Positions 62,936 through 64,000 of a stretch of 64,000 nt of DNA are shown here, piece after piece (position 1 is the first letter of the stretch; every line of letters starts with the position of its first letter). The stretch spans positions 416,001-480,000 of the forward strand of contig OZ245365.1 of assembly GCA_965226495.1 (NCBI GenBank), read 5' to 3'. The notes beneath the pieces were generated by a model. That model searched no databases and was not told where the DNA came from. It saw only the letters and a list, made by a program, of their open reading frames with translations. Source of the DNA: Candidatus Marinacidobacterales bacterium (GTDB taxonomy: Bacteria > Acidobacteriota > Vicinamibacteria > Marinacidobacterales > DATDRI01). Made by a program: the position numbers and the translations under genes.

Positions 62936-64000
62936 TCACTTTCCTCACGTTGGCGCATGCGCAGAGTCCGCAGCCGGTTGATGGCAGCCGCGATTTCGTA
63001 CTTCCGGGGTCGAGCGAAGTTGCCAGGATGATGTCCGGGACGGCGAAAGGGATCAAGGAGGTCCAACCCGTCTTCGTCGAAGACGCGGTCCACCTGTTCC
63101 AAGATTTCACGGAGGGTACGGTCGGCGTCCATGAACTGTCCCGCCGCAAGTTGAATGACGTGTCCGATGGCTCGCGTCTGGCTCGAGTCCACGAGCTGCT
63201 CGGCGGCTCGTAGATCGATCCGCTCTCGTCCGAACAGGATAAGGTCTACCGCTTTGATGTCGATTTTGACGTCGCGCCGGCCGCGAGAAGGATCGATGCC
63301 TTTCGCTAGCGGGATGCGGCCTATGTTGCGGGGTAGAGGGCTCCCCGCCTCGATGGAGCGTTGGGTCGGTTGGGCTTTCGCTATTTGCTTTGCTTCCTCG
63401 GTCACTTCGTACGGTAGAAAGTCTCTCATTAGCACGACGTTGTCTGCGGAGTCGAAGTAGTCTCCCGACCCTCCCATAACGAGAATCGTGGAGACACCGA
63501 GCGTATCGTAGAGCTCGCGCACTCGATCCAGAAAGGGTGTGATCGGCTCATGCTCCTTGTGCACTAGCGCCTGCATCCGAGAATCTCGGACCATGAAGTT
63601 GGTGGCCGACGTGTCCTCATCCAGAAGGAGGGTGGTGGCGCCGACTTCCAGCGCTTCCATGATATTGGCGGCTTGAGAGGTGCTTCCGCTGGCGTCTTCT
63701 GTGGAGAACGTTTCGGTGCTCCGCCCGAAAGGAAGATTGGTAATGAAGGGGCTGATATTGACCTGTTCCACACGCCTTCCGTCCTCGGCTCGGATCTTGA
63801 CCGCATCCCGGTCGGTGACGACGACCTCTCGGCCGTCTCCGGGAATGTGTGGGTAAACACCTCGCTCGAGCGCCTTCAGTAGTGTGGACTTGCCGTGGTA
63901 GCCGCCGCCCACAATGAGCGTGACCCCGCGCGGAATCCCCATTCCGGAGATCGAGCGAGTGGAGCCGTCATCTCCGCGAACCGCATGGAGTAGATCGATG
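62932..64000 (-). CDS. ABC-ATPase-domain (P-loop) protein, 5' end outside window
   Basis: GGGYHGKST, ASGSTSQA, LLLDEDTSATNFM; frame stays open to the window end. Confidence 0.88.
   Translation of the reverse strand, partial: IDLLHAVRGDDGSTRSISGMGIPRGVTLIVGGGYHGKSTLLKALERGVYPHIPGDGREVVVTDRDAVKIRAEDGRRVEQVNISPFITNLPFGRSTETFSTEDASGSTSQAANIMEALEVGATTLLLDEDTSATNFMVRDSRMQALVHKEHEPITPFLDRVRELYDTLGVSTILVMGGSGDYFDSADNVVLMRDFLPYEVTEEAKQIAKAQPTQRSIEAGSPLPRNIGRIPLAKGIDPSRGRRDVKIDIKAVDLILFGRERIDLRAAEQLVDSSQTRAIGHVIQLAAGQFMDADRTLREILEQVDRVFDEDGLDLLDPFRRPGHHPGNFARPRKYEIAAAINRLRTLRMRQREESE

Overview
A ~60% GC bacterial chromosome segment, most likely Acidobacteriota (Vicinamibacteria-like; inferred from protein sequences and repeat style). 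Bases 1-27.9 kb are one uninterrupted rpoBC-str-S10-spc-alpha superoperon (partial rpoB to rplQ). Three of its ribosomal proteins (S3, L30, L17) carry long Pro/Ala/Lys-rich tails, and rpsC and rpmD each show an apparent 1-nt frameshift. Bases 28-64 kb hold accessory and metabolic genes: an EF-G paralogue, an orphan pilMNOP-like block, an aminotransferase/glyoxylate-reductase pair behind a CIRCE-like box, paaK, a Ser/Thr kinase-WD40 protein, several redox enzymes, hisN, a sulfatase, a GGDEF protein and purine deaminases. This half also contains a MITE, several REP-like palindrome families and two gene remnants. The main candidate for an undescribed system is the minus-strand cluster at 50.8-56.0 kb: DUF2064 glycosyltransferase-like protein, ars-type flavoprotein, radical SAM enzyme, atypical metallophosphoesterase, ArsM-like methyltransferase and a PiT remnant. 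It looks like an organoarsenic pathway. Its first gene ends in a RAPP ribosome-arrest-type motif, followed by a leader with mutually exclusive hairpins over the next Shine-Dalgarno (SD) sequence, which suggests translational control by an enzyme-sized arrest peptide. No tRNA, rRNA or CRISPR array was seen.
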